24,000 nt of DNA from Gloeocapsa sp. PCC 73106 (GTDB lineage Bacteria; Cyanobacteriota; Cyanobacteriia; Cyanobacteriales; Gloeocapsaceae), in the NCBI RefSeq assembly GCF_000332035.1, contig NZ_ALVY01000227.1, positions 18,270-42,269 on the forward strand. Reading direction: 5' to 3'. Below the pieces are notes generated by a model that ran no database searches, was not told where the DNA came from, and was given only the letters and a program-made list of their open reading frames with translations. The first letter of the stretch is position 1; each line of letters begins with the position of its first letter. Of this stretch, positions 13,751 to 22,910 are shown in pieces. A program made the translations under genes and the position numbers.

Positions 13751-15088
13751 ATGAGTAAAACTGCTCGTATTAGCAAAGTCATCCCCAATTCCATCGCAGC
13801 AGAACTAGGATTTGAAGTCGGGGATGCTCTAGTCAGCATCAATGGAATTCCTCCCCGGGATTTAATCGACTATCAATACCTCTGTGCGGATGAATTTCTA
13901 ACCTTAGAAGTGCTTGACGTTCAAGGAAAGCCCCATATGGTAGAACTAGAAAAAGAATATGACGACGATCTGGGATTAGAATTTGAAACAGCTCTCTTTG
14001 ATGGTTTGATTCAATGCAATAACCGTTGTCCCTTTTGTTTTATCGATCAACAGCCACCAGGAAAAAGAGAGACTCTGTATCTCAAAGATGATGACTATCG
14101 TCTCAGTTTTCTCTACGGTAGCTATTTAACTCTGACCAATCTAACTCAGAAAGAATGGCAACGAATTGAAACGATGCGTCTATCTCCACTGTATGTTTCC
14201 GTACACGCTACCGAACCAGAAGTAAGAATCAGGTTACTAAAAAATGAGCGAGGAGGTAAAATTTTAGAGCAACTAGACTGGTTTGCTCAAAGACGTCTCT
14301 CGATTCATGCTCAAGTCGTAGTCTGTCCAGGAATCAACGATGGTATTCATTTAAAGAGAACTCTGAAAGATTTAAGTAGCTTTTACCCAGGAGAAATTCC
14401 CGCAGTAGCTTCAGTAGCCGTGGTTCCAGTGGGTTTAACCCGCTTTCGTCCCGATCAAGATGAATTAATCCCCGTGACTTCCAGTAAAGCCCAAGAAGTG
14501 ATTGAGCAAGTTCAAACTTTACAACAAAACTGGCTCAAAGAATACGGTACGCGTTTTGCTTGGTTAGCCGATGAATGGTTTTTAATCGCTCGACAAGAAT
14601 TGCCACCCCCATCGGTATACGAAGATTACCCCCAAATCGGTAACGGAGTTGGTTCCATCAGGCAATTTATCCAAGAGTTTGAGAGTCTAGCTGACCAAAT
14701 TTTACCCAGTGGTATAGCTCAAAAGCGTCGATTGACTTGGGTAGTGGGTAACGCAGTAGCACAAGCTTTTCAACCCCTAGTAGCTAGATTGAATCAAGTC
14801 GAGAATTTAACGGTGAGTTTAGCCTCTTTGCGCAGTGATTACTGGGGACAGGAAATTACCGTCACCGGTTTACTCACAGGACATGATTTACTAATCGGGT
14901 TAAAGGGTAGGAATTTAGGAGAAGCTATCCTGCTACCCTCAGTTATGCTCAAATACAACAGCGATCGCTTCCTGGACGATTTAAGCGTTACCCAAGTATC
15001 TCAAGAGTTGGGTGTACCTATCTTTGTGGTCAATGGTATAGAAGAGTTACTAAAAACCGTTAGTCGATACCATGCTCATGATCAATAA
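13751..15088 (+). CDS. DUF512 / PDZ-containing putative radical-SAM-like Fe-S protein (cyanobacteria-type)
   Basis: I place the start at ATG 13751 (MSKTARISKV), 2 nt after the uppP stop. The listed 13670 start lies inside uppP. N-terminal PDZ-like region (SIAAELGFEVGDALVSINGI), a CxxxCxxC cluster (CNNRCPFCF), and a C-terminal DUF512-like region. Confidence 0.8.
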   Translation: MSKTARISKVIPNSIAAELGFEVGDALVSINGIPPRDLIDYQYLCADEFLTLEVLDVQGKPHMVELEKEYDDDLGLEFETALFDGLIQCNNRCPFCFIDQQPPGKRETLYLKDDDYRLSFLYGSYLTLTNLTQKEWQRIETMRLSPLYVSVHATEPEVRIRLLKNERGGKILEQLDWFAQRRLSIHAQVVVCPGINDGIHLKRTLKDLSSFYPGEIPAVASVAVVPVGLTRFRPDQDELIPVTSSKAQEVIEQVQTLQQNWLKEYGTRFAWLADEWFLIARQELPPPSVYEDYPQIGNGVGSIRQFIQEFESLADQILPSGIAQKRRLTWVVGNAVAQAFQPLVARLNQVENLTVSLASLRSDYWGQEITVTGLLTGHDLLIGLKGRNLGEAILLPSVMLKYNSDRFLDDLSVTQVSQELGVPIFVVNGIEELLKTVSRYHAHDQ

Positions 15089-17582
15089 AATCTCGTACTT
15101 TTTGCTTGTAAGTAGATAGAGTTGAATCTACCCAGCTGCGTTCCTCGGAGTTGGCGTACAGGTGCACCAAAGGATCTCCCCCATCAGGTAAGATTAAAAT
15201 CCAGTTATCGTTTCTGGGGTCGATGATTTTGACACCATCTATCAGTCTTAAATTTTCTGTGGGATGGGTTTCTACCAGATGACGCATGAGAGAACCCTTA
15301 ACCGTGGAGGGACAGCGAATAGTACAGGAACGATGGGCGATGCGTGGTAGTTCACTACGAATTTGGGCTAGAGAGCGTTCTTGAATCGTGAGCATTTCGA
15401 TCACCTTAGCCACGCTAAACATAGCGTCAAAACCCGGATGCAATTGGGGGAAAATAAAGCCCATTTTGGCGCTTCCTCCTAAAACCACGTTGGGATGAGT
15501 TTGAGAAGCTTCCATCAGGGCGCTGGGATTAGCTTTAGTCCGGATGACTTGACTGTCATGACGACGGGCGATCTGTTCTACCGCGCTTGAAGCATCCACA
15601 GGAATTACTACCGTACCACGAGGATGAGCAGTCAGAATCATATTCACCATTAGAGCAGTTAACAATTCACCACGAATATGTTGCCCAGACTCATCTACCA
15701 GGATAAACTGTTCACCATTAGCGGAAACTTGTGCTCCTAGATTGGCTTTGAGGGCTTCAACTACGCGACATAGTTGTAAGAGCAATTTTTCTCGATCTTC
15801 AGCACAGATAGCGGTTTGCTGTAAACTAGCGTTGAGGACTACGGTATCACAGCCAAATTTACTCAGTAATTGGGGTAAAATAGCTCCAGCGACGGCGTAG
15901 ACGTAATCAATGACGATTTTTGCCCCACTACTGCGAATTGCTTCGACGTTGAGATAATGCTCGAAGCTTTCGCTATAAGTATTTACTACTTGGGAAGCAG
16001 CGGGATAGGACATATTGCCGATATCTTGCACTGCTACCCTTCTGATATCTTCTTTAAAATAAGCTCCCTCTATTTTCTTTTCGATTGATTTAGAGATATT
16101 GATTCCCTTTTTATCAAAAAATTCAATGAGCATATAGTCAGGGCGATTGGGGTCAACTCTAACGTGAATTCCTCCTTCGACAGCCAAATGAGGTACTAAA
16201 GCGCGCGTCATCGGGATCGCTGTTGCTTCTAAGTTTTGCACGTTGATCCCCGTAGACATTAAGCCGGCAATCAAAGAACGATTGACCATGCGCGAAACGC
16301 TGCGTTGGTCGCGAGAAACAACGATACTAGCGCCAAGTGTGAGGGTAGAACCGTAAGAAGCTCCTAATTTAACGGCAAATTCCGGGGTAATATCGATATT
16401 AGCTAATCCCGATACTCCTCTTTGTCCAAAGAGATTTCTCTGGGCTGTATTGCCCCAAATTAGATTAATGTTTAAAGTTGCCCCAGCTTCAATTCTTTTA
16501 CTCGGCCAAACTCTGACTCCTGGGTTGATGGTGGCTTCTTCGCCTACAATCGACAGGGGACCGACTACTGCGCCTTCTAATACTTGACAACGGCGATCAA
16601 TTCGACTTCCTCTAGCGATAATGCAACCAGTGAGATGACATTCTTCTCCGATAATTACCCCATTCCAAATAATAGGACGCCGTAGTTCTGCGTCGGCTCC
16701 GATGGTGACGTTATCGCCTATAACTGTACCTGCACTAAGGGTGACACGGGGTCCAATACGACAGTTACTACCAATTATTACTGGGGGTTCGATTCTAACG
16801 GTGCGATCGATATAAGTGTCATGCCCTACCCAAACCCCTGTAGATTGTTGTTGATAGGCTAAATCCAGGAAAACTCTCTGATGTAGAGCATCGTATTGCG
16901 ATTGTCTATAGGCTTCTAAATGTCCCACATCGCACCAATAGCCTTTGGCGATATAACCGTAAAGGGGTTTTCCTATTGCCAGTAATTCGGGAAATAAGTC
17001 TTTGGAAAAATCTCTTTCTTGATTCTCGGGTAGGTAGTCTAAGACTTCTGGCTCTAGTATATAGGTCCCGGTGTTCACCGTATCGGAGAAAATCTCACTG
17101 GTAGAAGGTTTTTCTAAAAAACGAAGGATACGACCGTCGGAATTGGTGATTACTACCCCAAATTCCACGGGATTGGGTACGCGAGTTAGGACTAAAGTGG
17201 CGATCGCACCTTTTTCTCGATGAAAGGCGATCGCTTTTTGTAAATCGAAGTCGGTAATCCCATCCCCACTAATTACTAAAAATGTATCGTTTAATAGTTC
17301 TTCGGCTTTTTTGACACATCCTGCAGTACCAAGAGGTTGTTCTTCTTCCACGGAATAGGTAATTTGTACGTTAAAATCAGTGCCGTCTTCAAAATACTCC
17401 CTCATAATATCGGGTAGATAGTGTAATGTGGCAATAATTTCACTAATTCCGTTTTTTCTAAGGAGATTGATAATATGTTCGGCGATCGGTCGGTTTAAAA
17501 TGGGTACCATCGGTTTAGGGAGATCGCACGTCAAAGGACGTAGCCGAGTACCAGAACCACCTGCCATCAACACTGCACGCAT
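15060..17582 (-). CDS. ManC-like sugar-phosphate nucleotidyltransferase with left-handed beta-helix and C-terminal phosphohexomutase-like (apparently degenerate) domain
   Basis: 840 aa. N-terminal motif MAGGSGTRLRPLTCDLPKPMVP. Hexapeptide repeats (IGSNCRIGPRVTLSAGTVIGDNVTIGADAEL). C-terminal PGM/PMM-fold sequence. It resembles the ~840-aa cyanobacterial proteins annotated as mannose-1-phosphate guanylyltransferase. Confidence 0.85.
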   Translation of the reverse strand: MRAVLMAGGSGTRLRPLTCDLPKPMVPILNRPIAEHIINLLRKNGISEIIATLHYLPDIMREYFEDGTDFNVQITYSVEEEQPLGTAGCVKKAEELLNDTFLVISGDGITDFDLQKAIAFHREKGAIATLVLTRVPNPVEFGVVITNSDGRILRFLEKPSTSEIFSDTVNTGTYILEPEVLDYLPENQERDFSKDLFPELLAIGKPLYGYIAKGYWCDVGHLEAYRQSQYDALHQRVFLDLAYQQQSTGVWVGHDTYIDRTVRIEPPVIIGSNCRIGPRVTLSAGTVIGDNVTIGADAELRRPIIWNGVIIGEECHLTGCIIARGSRIDRRCQVLEGAVVGPLSIVGEEATINPGVRVWPSKRIEAGATLNINLIWGNTAQRNLFGQRGVSGLANIDITPEFAVKLGASYGSTLTLGASIVVSRDQRSVSRMVNRSLIAGLMSTGINVQNLEATAIPMTRALVPHLAVEGGIHVRVDPNRPDYMLIEFFDKKGINISKSIEKKIEGAYFKEDIRRVAVQDIGNMSYPAASQVVNTYSESFEHYLNVEAIRSSGAKIVIDYVYAVAGAILPQLLSKFGCDTVVLNASLQQTAICAEDREKLLLQLCRVVEALKANLGAQVSANGEQFILVDESGQHIRGELLTALMVNMILTAHPRGTVVIPVDASSAVEQIARRHDSQVIRTKANPSALMEASQTHPNVVLGGSAKMGFIFPQLHPGFDAMFSVAKVIEMLTIQERSLAQIRSELPRIAHRSCTIRCPSTVKGSLMRHLVETHPTENLRLIDGVKIIDPRNDNWILILPDGGDPLVHLYANSEERSWVDSTLSTYKQKVRDFIDHEHGID

Positions 17583-17759
17583 ACGTCTATTTCTCCTTGC
17601 TTATTATTGTTTACCCTTAATATCAAGCACCGACCTCTTACATCGATTGAGCAGAGATTCTGTGCAAGAAGTCTATTGAGTACTGGCTTGTTTTTTCATC
17701 ATAACTTGACTCGCTAGAATAGAGTGTAAATGTAGATCTTTGCCAAAGAGGTTAAAGTT

Positions 17760-17951
17760 ATGACTAAGTTGATACCAGTAATTCTAGCAGTGGTTTATGT
17801 TTGGGGCGTAGTTAAATTTTTGCAAGGTTACAACCGCACTAATTTTGGTCGCGGTTTGCCGAATAAAATTGCTCTATCTCTTCTTTGGCCAGTGTTGCTT
17901 ATATTTAATGGTTCTTATCGCAGAAACTTTCAAAAAGCTCTCAAAGGCTAA
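17760..17951 (+). CDS. small (63 aa) two-TM membrane protein, translationally coupled to cobK
   Basis: AGAGG Shine-Dalgarno 8 nt upstream. Two hydrophobic segments. The stop TAA overlaps the cobK ATG (TAATG, 17949-17953). No recognisable family. Confidence 0.45.
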   Translation: MTKLIPVILAVVYVWGVVKFLQGYNRTNFGRGLPNKIALSLLWPVLLIFNGSYRRNFQKALKG

Positions 17952-18721
17952 TGACAGTCTGGTTAATCGGAGGTACTTCTGAAAGTGTCAAGATAGCTCA
18001 ATTATTATTTACGCATCGGGTTAGTTGCGTGGTTAGCGTGACTACCCCTAGCGCAGTGAGATTATATTTAACTTCACCCTATTTAAAAGTTAGGGTAGGA
18101 AAGCTAGAGTCGGACTCAGCAGCTAAGCTATTTTGTCAACAAGAACTAGTTCAGGGAATTATTGACGCTTCACACCCCTACGCGATCGCTATCTCTGAAA
18201 GGGCGATCGCTGTAGCTCAAGCTTTATCTATTCCTTATTTGCGTTATGAACGTCCTTTGGTACCCTTTGGTTCAACTAAAATAATTCCTTGTGCTAGTTT
18301 TACTAATCTCATAAAGGGTGATTATCTCAGAGACCAAAGAGTACTCCTAACTGTAGGCTGTAATAGTCTCCATTATTTCCGTTCTTGGCAAGATCGTGCC
18401 CTTTTATTTACGAGAATTTTACCCCGAGAACAGTCTCTCGCTCTAGCTTTAGACGCAGGTTTTACTCCGGAGAGAATTATTGCTCTACGACCACCTCTAA
18501 GCTTTGATTTAGAGGTGGCTTTATGGCGTCATTGGGGGATTTCTCTGGTGGTAACTAAAGCCAATGGTATCCCAGGGGGAGAAGATATAAAGCAAAAAGT
18601 CGCCCTAGCTTTAGATATTCCTCTCATAACTATTTCTCGACCCAACTTGAGTTATCCTGACATCACCGGTGAGCTTGATGATGTTTTAAAATTTTGTCTC
18701 TATCTCAAGCCAATCGGATAG
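17951..18721 (+). CDS. cobK: precorrin-6A / cobalt-precorrin-6A reductase (CobK/CbiJ)
   Basis: 256 aa. N-terminal VWLIGGTSES, then IDASHPYA(..)IS and LRYERP motifs typical of CobK/CbiJ. Confidence 0.8.
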   Translation: MTVWLIGGTSESVKIAQLLFTHRVSCVVSVTTPSAVRLYLTSPYLKVRVGKLESDSAAKLFCQQELVQGIIDASHPYAIAISERAIAVAQALSIPYLRYERPLVPFGSTKIIPCASFTNLIKGDYLRDQRVLLTVGCNSLHYFRSWQDRALLFTRILPREQSLALALDAGFTPERIIALRPPLSFDLEVALWRHWGISLVVTKANGIPGGEDIKQKVALALDIPLITISRPNLSYPDITGELDDVLKFCLYLKPIG

Positions 18722-20145
18722 GGACGTAACATCTCCTGGGCTTGGTAAACATGAAATACTTCAGTAATTTCTCCTCCACGCTTAATAGGGATAGTACCAA
18801 TCTCTCTAAATTCAGCGAAATAACTACTATAGACTTGAGTTAAAGCGACCATTTGAGCGTAGGATTCTTTAGTGATGTAGAGCGCGTTTTTACCCACCCA
18901 ATCTTCCGGATCGAACCAAAAGGCAAAACCTCTCATATCATCGCTCAAAGTCGTTACTGGGAGAGAACGTAGGGGTGTAAGGGCCATGTCGATTTGTCCC
19001 GCTAGGTAATAAGCGTTGGTAAAGACAAAGTCCGCTTCTGCTAAGGCTTGACTTAACTCAGATGACTGGGTAAAACCATCCCTTAACTGTTGCAAGGGGA
19101 ACATCTCCGTAGAATTATCCTGTTCTAGGGTTAAAAAACCACCAAATAGCGCGTATTGGCTTGGTTTTTGCAAAATTCCTAGATGAAGATGCGATAAAAA
19201 TATTACCATTAGGGTGACAATGCTGATAAGAGAGTATTTCAACCAGCGCCTAACTAGGGACTGATCCCATTTAACCGCGTATTTTCCCAATATTAAAGTT
19301 GCACTCCAAAACCCAGCCATGGGCCAAGCGGCTAAAATTTGTTGGGAACCACCTAAAAAAGTAAATCCTAGAATCAAAGGTAAAGATACCCAGAGTATTA
19401 AGTTTTCCTGGAGGTCTTTTTGCGGTTGCTGAAATTGTAATCGCCAAGAACGCAGTATCGCCCAATGTAGAGGAATACCAAAACTGGGAAAAAGATAGAG
19501 AATATTCGTTAAAAATACGACTAAGACTTTGACAAGACTATAACCTGGGGGAGTAACTCCAGGAGCCGGTATAAAACGACTGGAAAGATGAAAACGAAAA
19601 GATATCCAATCATGGTTGAGATTCCAAAACAAAATCGGGAACAGGGTTAACCCAAATAAGGCGATCGCTAACCAACTCCAAGCAGAAAGCAGGAGACGAC
19701 GATGAACTGGACTAAATACCACAAAACCCAGTATTCCTAAGCCGAGAATAAAACCATGATATTTACCCAAACAAGCTAAACCGACAAGAATACCCAAAAT
19801 ACCTAGGCGATAACTCGGGGAATAACTAGAGGTAGGAAAAAATTCCCAAGCGGCGCAATAGAGACTGGCGGTCCAAAAAAAAATGAGGGGACCATCAGGT
19901 AGAGTTAAAATCCCAAAAGCGATCTGAAAAATGGGAATAATCGAAGCGATCGCCAAGGTTAACCGGGCAGCTTTAATCCCGAATAGTCTTACTCCCGTCA
20001 AATAGAGAAGATATAAACTCCCGGTATATAAGATTACTGTGCCCAAGCGTATAGTTAAAGGAGAGACAACCCCTGTCAACTTAGGACCAAAACCCGTGGT
20101 AAGAGCGACTAGAATGGGATGATCGAAGTAACTCCAGTCTAGATG
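18700..20145 (-). CDS. GT39 (ArnT/PMT-like, GT-C) glycosyltransferase, exon 2
   Basis: The reading frame is open upstream of the listed TTG start, up to 20145: HLDWSYFDHPILVALTTGFGPK-LTGVVSPL.. It is a polytopic membrane protein. It joins exon 1 in frame across the group II intron, giving 516 aa in total. Confidence 0.85.
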   Translation of the reverse strand, partial: HLDWSYFDHPILVALTTGFGPKLTGVVSPLTIRLGTVILYTGSLYLLYLTGVRLFGIKAARLTLAIASIIPIFQIAFGILTLPDGPLIFFWTASLYCAAWEFFPTSSYSPSYRLGILGILVGLACLGKYHGFILGLGILGFVVFSPVHRRLLLSAWSWLAIALFGLTLFPILFWNLNHDWISFRFHLSSRFIPAPGVTPPGYSLVKVLVVFLTNILYLFPSFGIPLHWAILRSWRLQFQQPQKDLQENLILWVSLPLILGFTFLGGSQQILAAWPMAGFWSATLILGKYAVKWDQSLVRRWLKYSLISIVTLMVIFLSHLHLGILQKPSQYALFGGFLTLEQDNSTEMFPLQQLRDGFTQSSELSQALAEADFVFTNAYYLAGQIDMALTPLRSLPVTTLSDDMRGFAFWFDPEDWVGKNALYITKESYAQMVALTQVYSSYFAEFREIGTIPIKRGGEITEVFHVYQAQEMLRPYPIGLR

Positions 20146-22751
20146 GTTAAACTAAGCCGAACAGTCACCCGTTCGACTCGTCTTCAGAACCGTGCTTGAG
20201 ACTTTCACCTCACCCGGCTCCTCTCTAATAAACCCGTTGTCATCGGTACAAGTCTATAAGTCCACTGCTGTCTTAATGTCGTGGCAATGTCTATGAAGCA
20301 ATTGAAGGTTCTCATATTTGTTTTTGCCACCTTTTGATTTGGGGGTAATATGGTCTACCTCTAGTAAGTCTTCATCTCGGAAAACTAATCCACAATGGGC
20401 ACATTTTCCTTTCTGTCTCTTTAGGAGTGTTGCCACTTTGGTTGAGACTTTGGGATGTTTACCCATTCGACTACTCCAATAAGTGAGGTCCCCATTAAAT
20501 GGACTTGCATCACTCTTGACTTTTACGTGTCTTATAATAGGGGTTTTATTGTGCTCTATGAGTCCAAAGAAATTATTACTCTCTCTGTATATGACTCCAA
20601 AAACCCAATTCCTTTTACCTTCTTTATGCCAGTATTTGCTAGTTACCCATGTTTTTGACTTCATGGGATGTCGTCTTTCTGCCCATCTTTTAAGTTGTTG
20701 GTAGAGTATATGGTCACAGTAAGAAAATTCTTCTTTACTGCAGACTGAGCTATAGTAGTTTGACCACCCTTTAATTATTGGATTTAATTTCTTGATTAAG
20801 GCTACTTGTGGTGCTGACTTATGAGCTCTTATCATTTCACCAAGTTTCTTGATGTGCGTCTTGATTTTTTGTTTTGAGGGTTTTATGATTGTTTTGAAAC
20901 CTAATATTTTCCTTTTGGTATTCTTACCACTTTGATGTTTTCCTACTGGAAACTGTCTGATGGTGAACCCTAGGAAGTCAAAACCTACGTTACCTTCGTT
21001 CTCTATTAGAGTATGAGATATTTTGGTTTTACTAGGTTTTACTTCCAGACCAATGTCTTTTAACCATTTTTCAATTATTTCTTTACACTTTAGAACTACT
21101 TCAAGGGACTCGTGAAGAATCACGAAGTCATCCGCATACCTTATTAGGCTTAACGAACGTTCACTCCCTTTCCAAGTTCTAGCGTGTTTCTTAATCTCTA
21201 GTTCCATCCCATGAAGAGCTATATTTGCTAATAGAGGTGATACTACTCCTCCCTGTGGTGTGCCTTCATTAGTTGGATACCAGTTCTTTTTGTCAATTAC
21301 TCCGCTCTTGAGCCAAGCTCTTACTTGACTTCTAAGTTTTGGATATGTATTGACTTTGGCTAAGAGTTTTTCTTGGTTTATCTTGTCAAAACATTTGGAT
21401 ATGTCTGCATCTAGCACATATTTGGGCTTATATCTAATTTGGTTAAATATTGCTCTTATGGCGTCGTGACAGCTTCTACCCGGTCGAAACCCGTAACTGT
21501 TTTCCTCAAAACGTGACTCCCATTCGGGCTCGAGGGCTAACTTTACTAGACATTGTTTGACACGCTCATATATGGTAGGTATTCCCAAGGGTCGTTTTTC
21601 ACCATTTGGCTTTGGTATCCATACCCTACGGGTTGGTTTACTTTTGCTTTCTAGTCTGATTTTTTCAACCATTTCAAGGCGTTTCCTAGGTGTGAGGGAT
21701 TTGACCCCATCTATTCCTGCTGTTTTCTTTCCTTGGTTATCTTGGGTTACCTTACGAATCGCCCAGAGCTTTCCGTAATATGAGTTAGTAAGTAGTCGTT
21801 GTAATCTGTGGACTAATTTGACATTGCCTTCTTGACTTGCTCGAAATATTCGTTTTTGGAGCTTGAAGATGGCGATTTCGACTGTTTTCCAGTCGATTTC
21901 GTTCCATTCTTTCCATTCATACTTTACGTTCATGACTTATTTGCTCTTACTTACAACTATTTCCTATTTATTAAAGTGGTTACGTCTGCTTATCCCTACC
22001 ATTACGGTCGGGCTTTTGCTTCTTAACCAATCCTGTCCCTATTGGCTTGCGCTGGTTACTACTCAATTTCTTGAGAGCTTTTTAGGGGTTACTTCGTTCC
22101 TGATTATCGTATTAACTCGCTTTAGAATCTCTCTCTCCACCGGAACTATGTATGTGTTTCCAGTTCGGAAGTAAAAATCCGCTGGTGCTTTAGTCCTTTG
22201 CCTTTTGGCGATAGCCTGTCAATCTGTTTTGGCTATGTTCTTTTAACGATGGTTCAGACGAGAGTTCGTATTCCTATTCTTGACGAGTATGCTTGCAGGG
22301 GTTCTGATTCAGATTACCTAGTTACCTGCTTTTAACCCGGCTTCGGCGATTGGGATACCGCTTCAATTCACCGCGGGCTATGCTGTCACTCCAACACATA
22401 GAGGGAAGGTCTTACACCTTCACGATAATCAAGTTGTCAAGGTTAGGTTATCACTACCTGCTTAGTTCGGTTATGCGTAATGAAGATTTGTAACAATCTC
22501 CAAACTTATTCCTTTCTTTCGCTATTTCCTGAGTGTTTCTACTCAGGATTTCATGATTCAGGCTATCTAAGCCTTTTTGCCTTTGGTCCTTTCAGAATCG
22601 ATTTTAAGGTGTCTTAATTTCTTTTCCTAGAGGGTTTTTACCTTGCTGGGTTTACGTTGAGCTAGAAGGGGCTTCTAGGAGTTTCTCAGCTAAAGGATTG
22701 ACCCTACCTGCTGATTAGGACTTTCTCAACTTTGACCTAAACGAATCGCAC
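20146..22751 (-). mobile_element. group II intron (2606 nt) with intron-encoded RT-maturase-HNH protein
   Basis: All features are on the minus strand.
- 5' end GUGCGAUUCG at 22751.
- Domain V GAGCCGGGUGAGGUGAAAGUCUCAAGCACGGUUC (20220-20187), with the AGC triad and GAAA loop.
- Domain VI helix with a bulged branch-point A at 20153, 7 nt from the 3' end.
- 3' end ..UUUAAC at 20146.
- The IEP ORF lies in domain IV.
- Removal restores the host ORF exactly. Confidence 0.92.
20254..21933 (-). CDS. group II intron reverse transcriptase / maturase with C-terminal HNH endonuclease domain
   Basis: 559 aa. RT motifs (RRVWIPKPNGEKRPLGIPT, SYGFRPGRSCHDA, RYADDFVI), a maturase X region (GWSNYY), and an HNH domain (CAHCG..EVDHITPKSKGG..NLQLLHRHCH). 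Confidence 0.95.
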   Translation of the reverse strand: MNVKYEWKEWNEIDWKTVEIAIFKLQKRIFRASQEGNVKLVHRLQRLLTNSYYGKLWAIRKVTQDNQGKKTAGIDGVKSLTPRKRLEMVEKIRLESKSKPTRRVWIPKPNGEKRPLGIPTIYERVKQCLVKLALEPEWESRFEENSYGFRPGRSCHDAIRAIFNQIRYKPKYVLDADISKCFDKINQEKLLAKVNTYPKLRSQVRAWLKSGVIDKKNWYPTNEGTPQGGVVSPLLANIALHGMELEIKKHARTWKGSERSLSLIRYADDFVILHESLEVVLKCKEIIEKWLKDIGLEVKPSKTKISHTLIENEGNVGFDFLGFTIRQFPVGKHQSGKNTKRKILGFKTIIKPSKQKIKTHIKKLGEMIRAHKSAPQVALIKKLNPIIKGWSNYYSSVCSKEEFSYCDHILYQQLKRWAERRHPMKSKTWVTSKYWHKEGKRNWVFGVIYRESNNFFGLIEHNKTPIIRHVKVKSDASPFNGDLTYWSSRMGKHPKVSTKVATLLKRQKGKCAHCGLVFRDEDLLEVDHITPKSKGGKNKYENLQLLHRHCHDIKTAVDL

Positions 22752-22856
22752 TCTACTGTAAAGATAATAGTAAAATTCATCAAAACTAGGAGTTAACCAG
22801 ATAGCCACAACAAGACGGAATAACAAACCCCAGAATAAAATCCAAAAAATAGTCAT
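22752..22856 (-). CDS. GT39 glycosyltransferase, exon 1 (35 codons)
   Basis: Minus strand, ATG at 22856: MTIFWILFWGLLFRLVVAIWLTPSFDEFYYYLYSR, ending exactly at the intron GUGCG. It contains the first TM helix and the GT-C DE motif. Spliced to exon 2 it reads ..DEFYYYLYSR|HLDWSYFDHP.. Confidence 0.85.
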
Positions 22857-22859
22857 CAC

Positions 22860-22890
22860 AAAAAAAAGGTAGTCCATCAGAAACTACCTT
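22860..22890 (-). terminator. rho-independent terminator of glgP
   Basis: Minus strand: AAGGUAGU-UUCUGAUGG-ACUACCUU followed by a run of six U. It starts 21 nt after the glgP TAA. Confidence 0.75.
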
Positions 22891-22910
22891 AGAGGATTTT
22901 GACGAGAAAT

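Noticed and set aside
17583-17759. Cobalamin riboswitch upstream of the small ORF/cobK
   Set aside because: I found no B12-box-like sequence or conserved riboswitch core in the 177-nt region.
18700-20079. Listed 459-aa ORF start (TTG at 20079) as the true start of the glycosyltransferase
   Set aside because: The frame stays open for 22 more codons up to the intron 3' splice site. It then continues in exon 1 at 22752-22856.
21557-22174. Plus-strand ORFs inside the intron (21557-21778, 21832-22026, 21863-22174) and antisense ORFs 20455-20704
   Set aside because: They are antisense to the IEP gene or lie within ribozyme domains I-III. They are low-complexity and hydrophobic, with no family resemblance.
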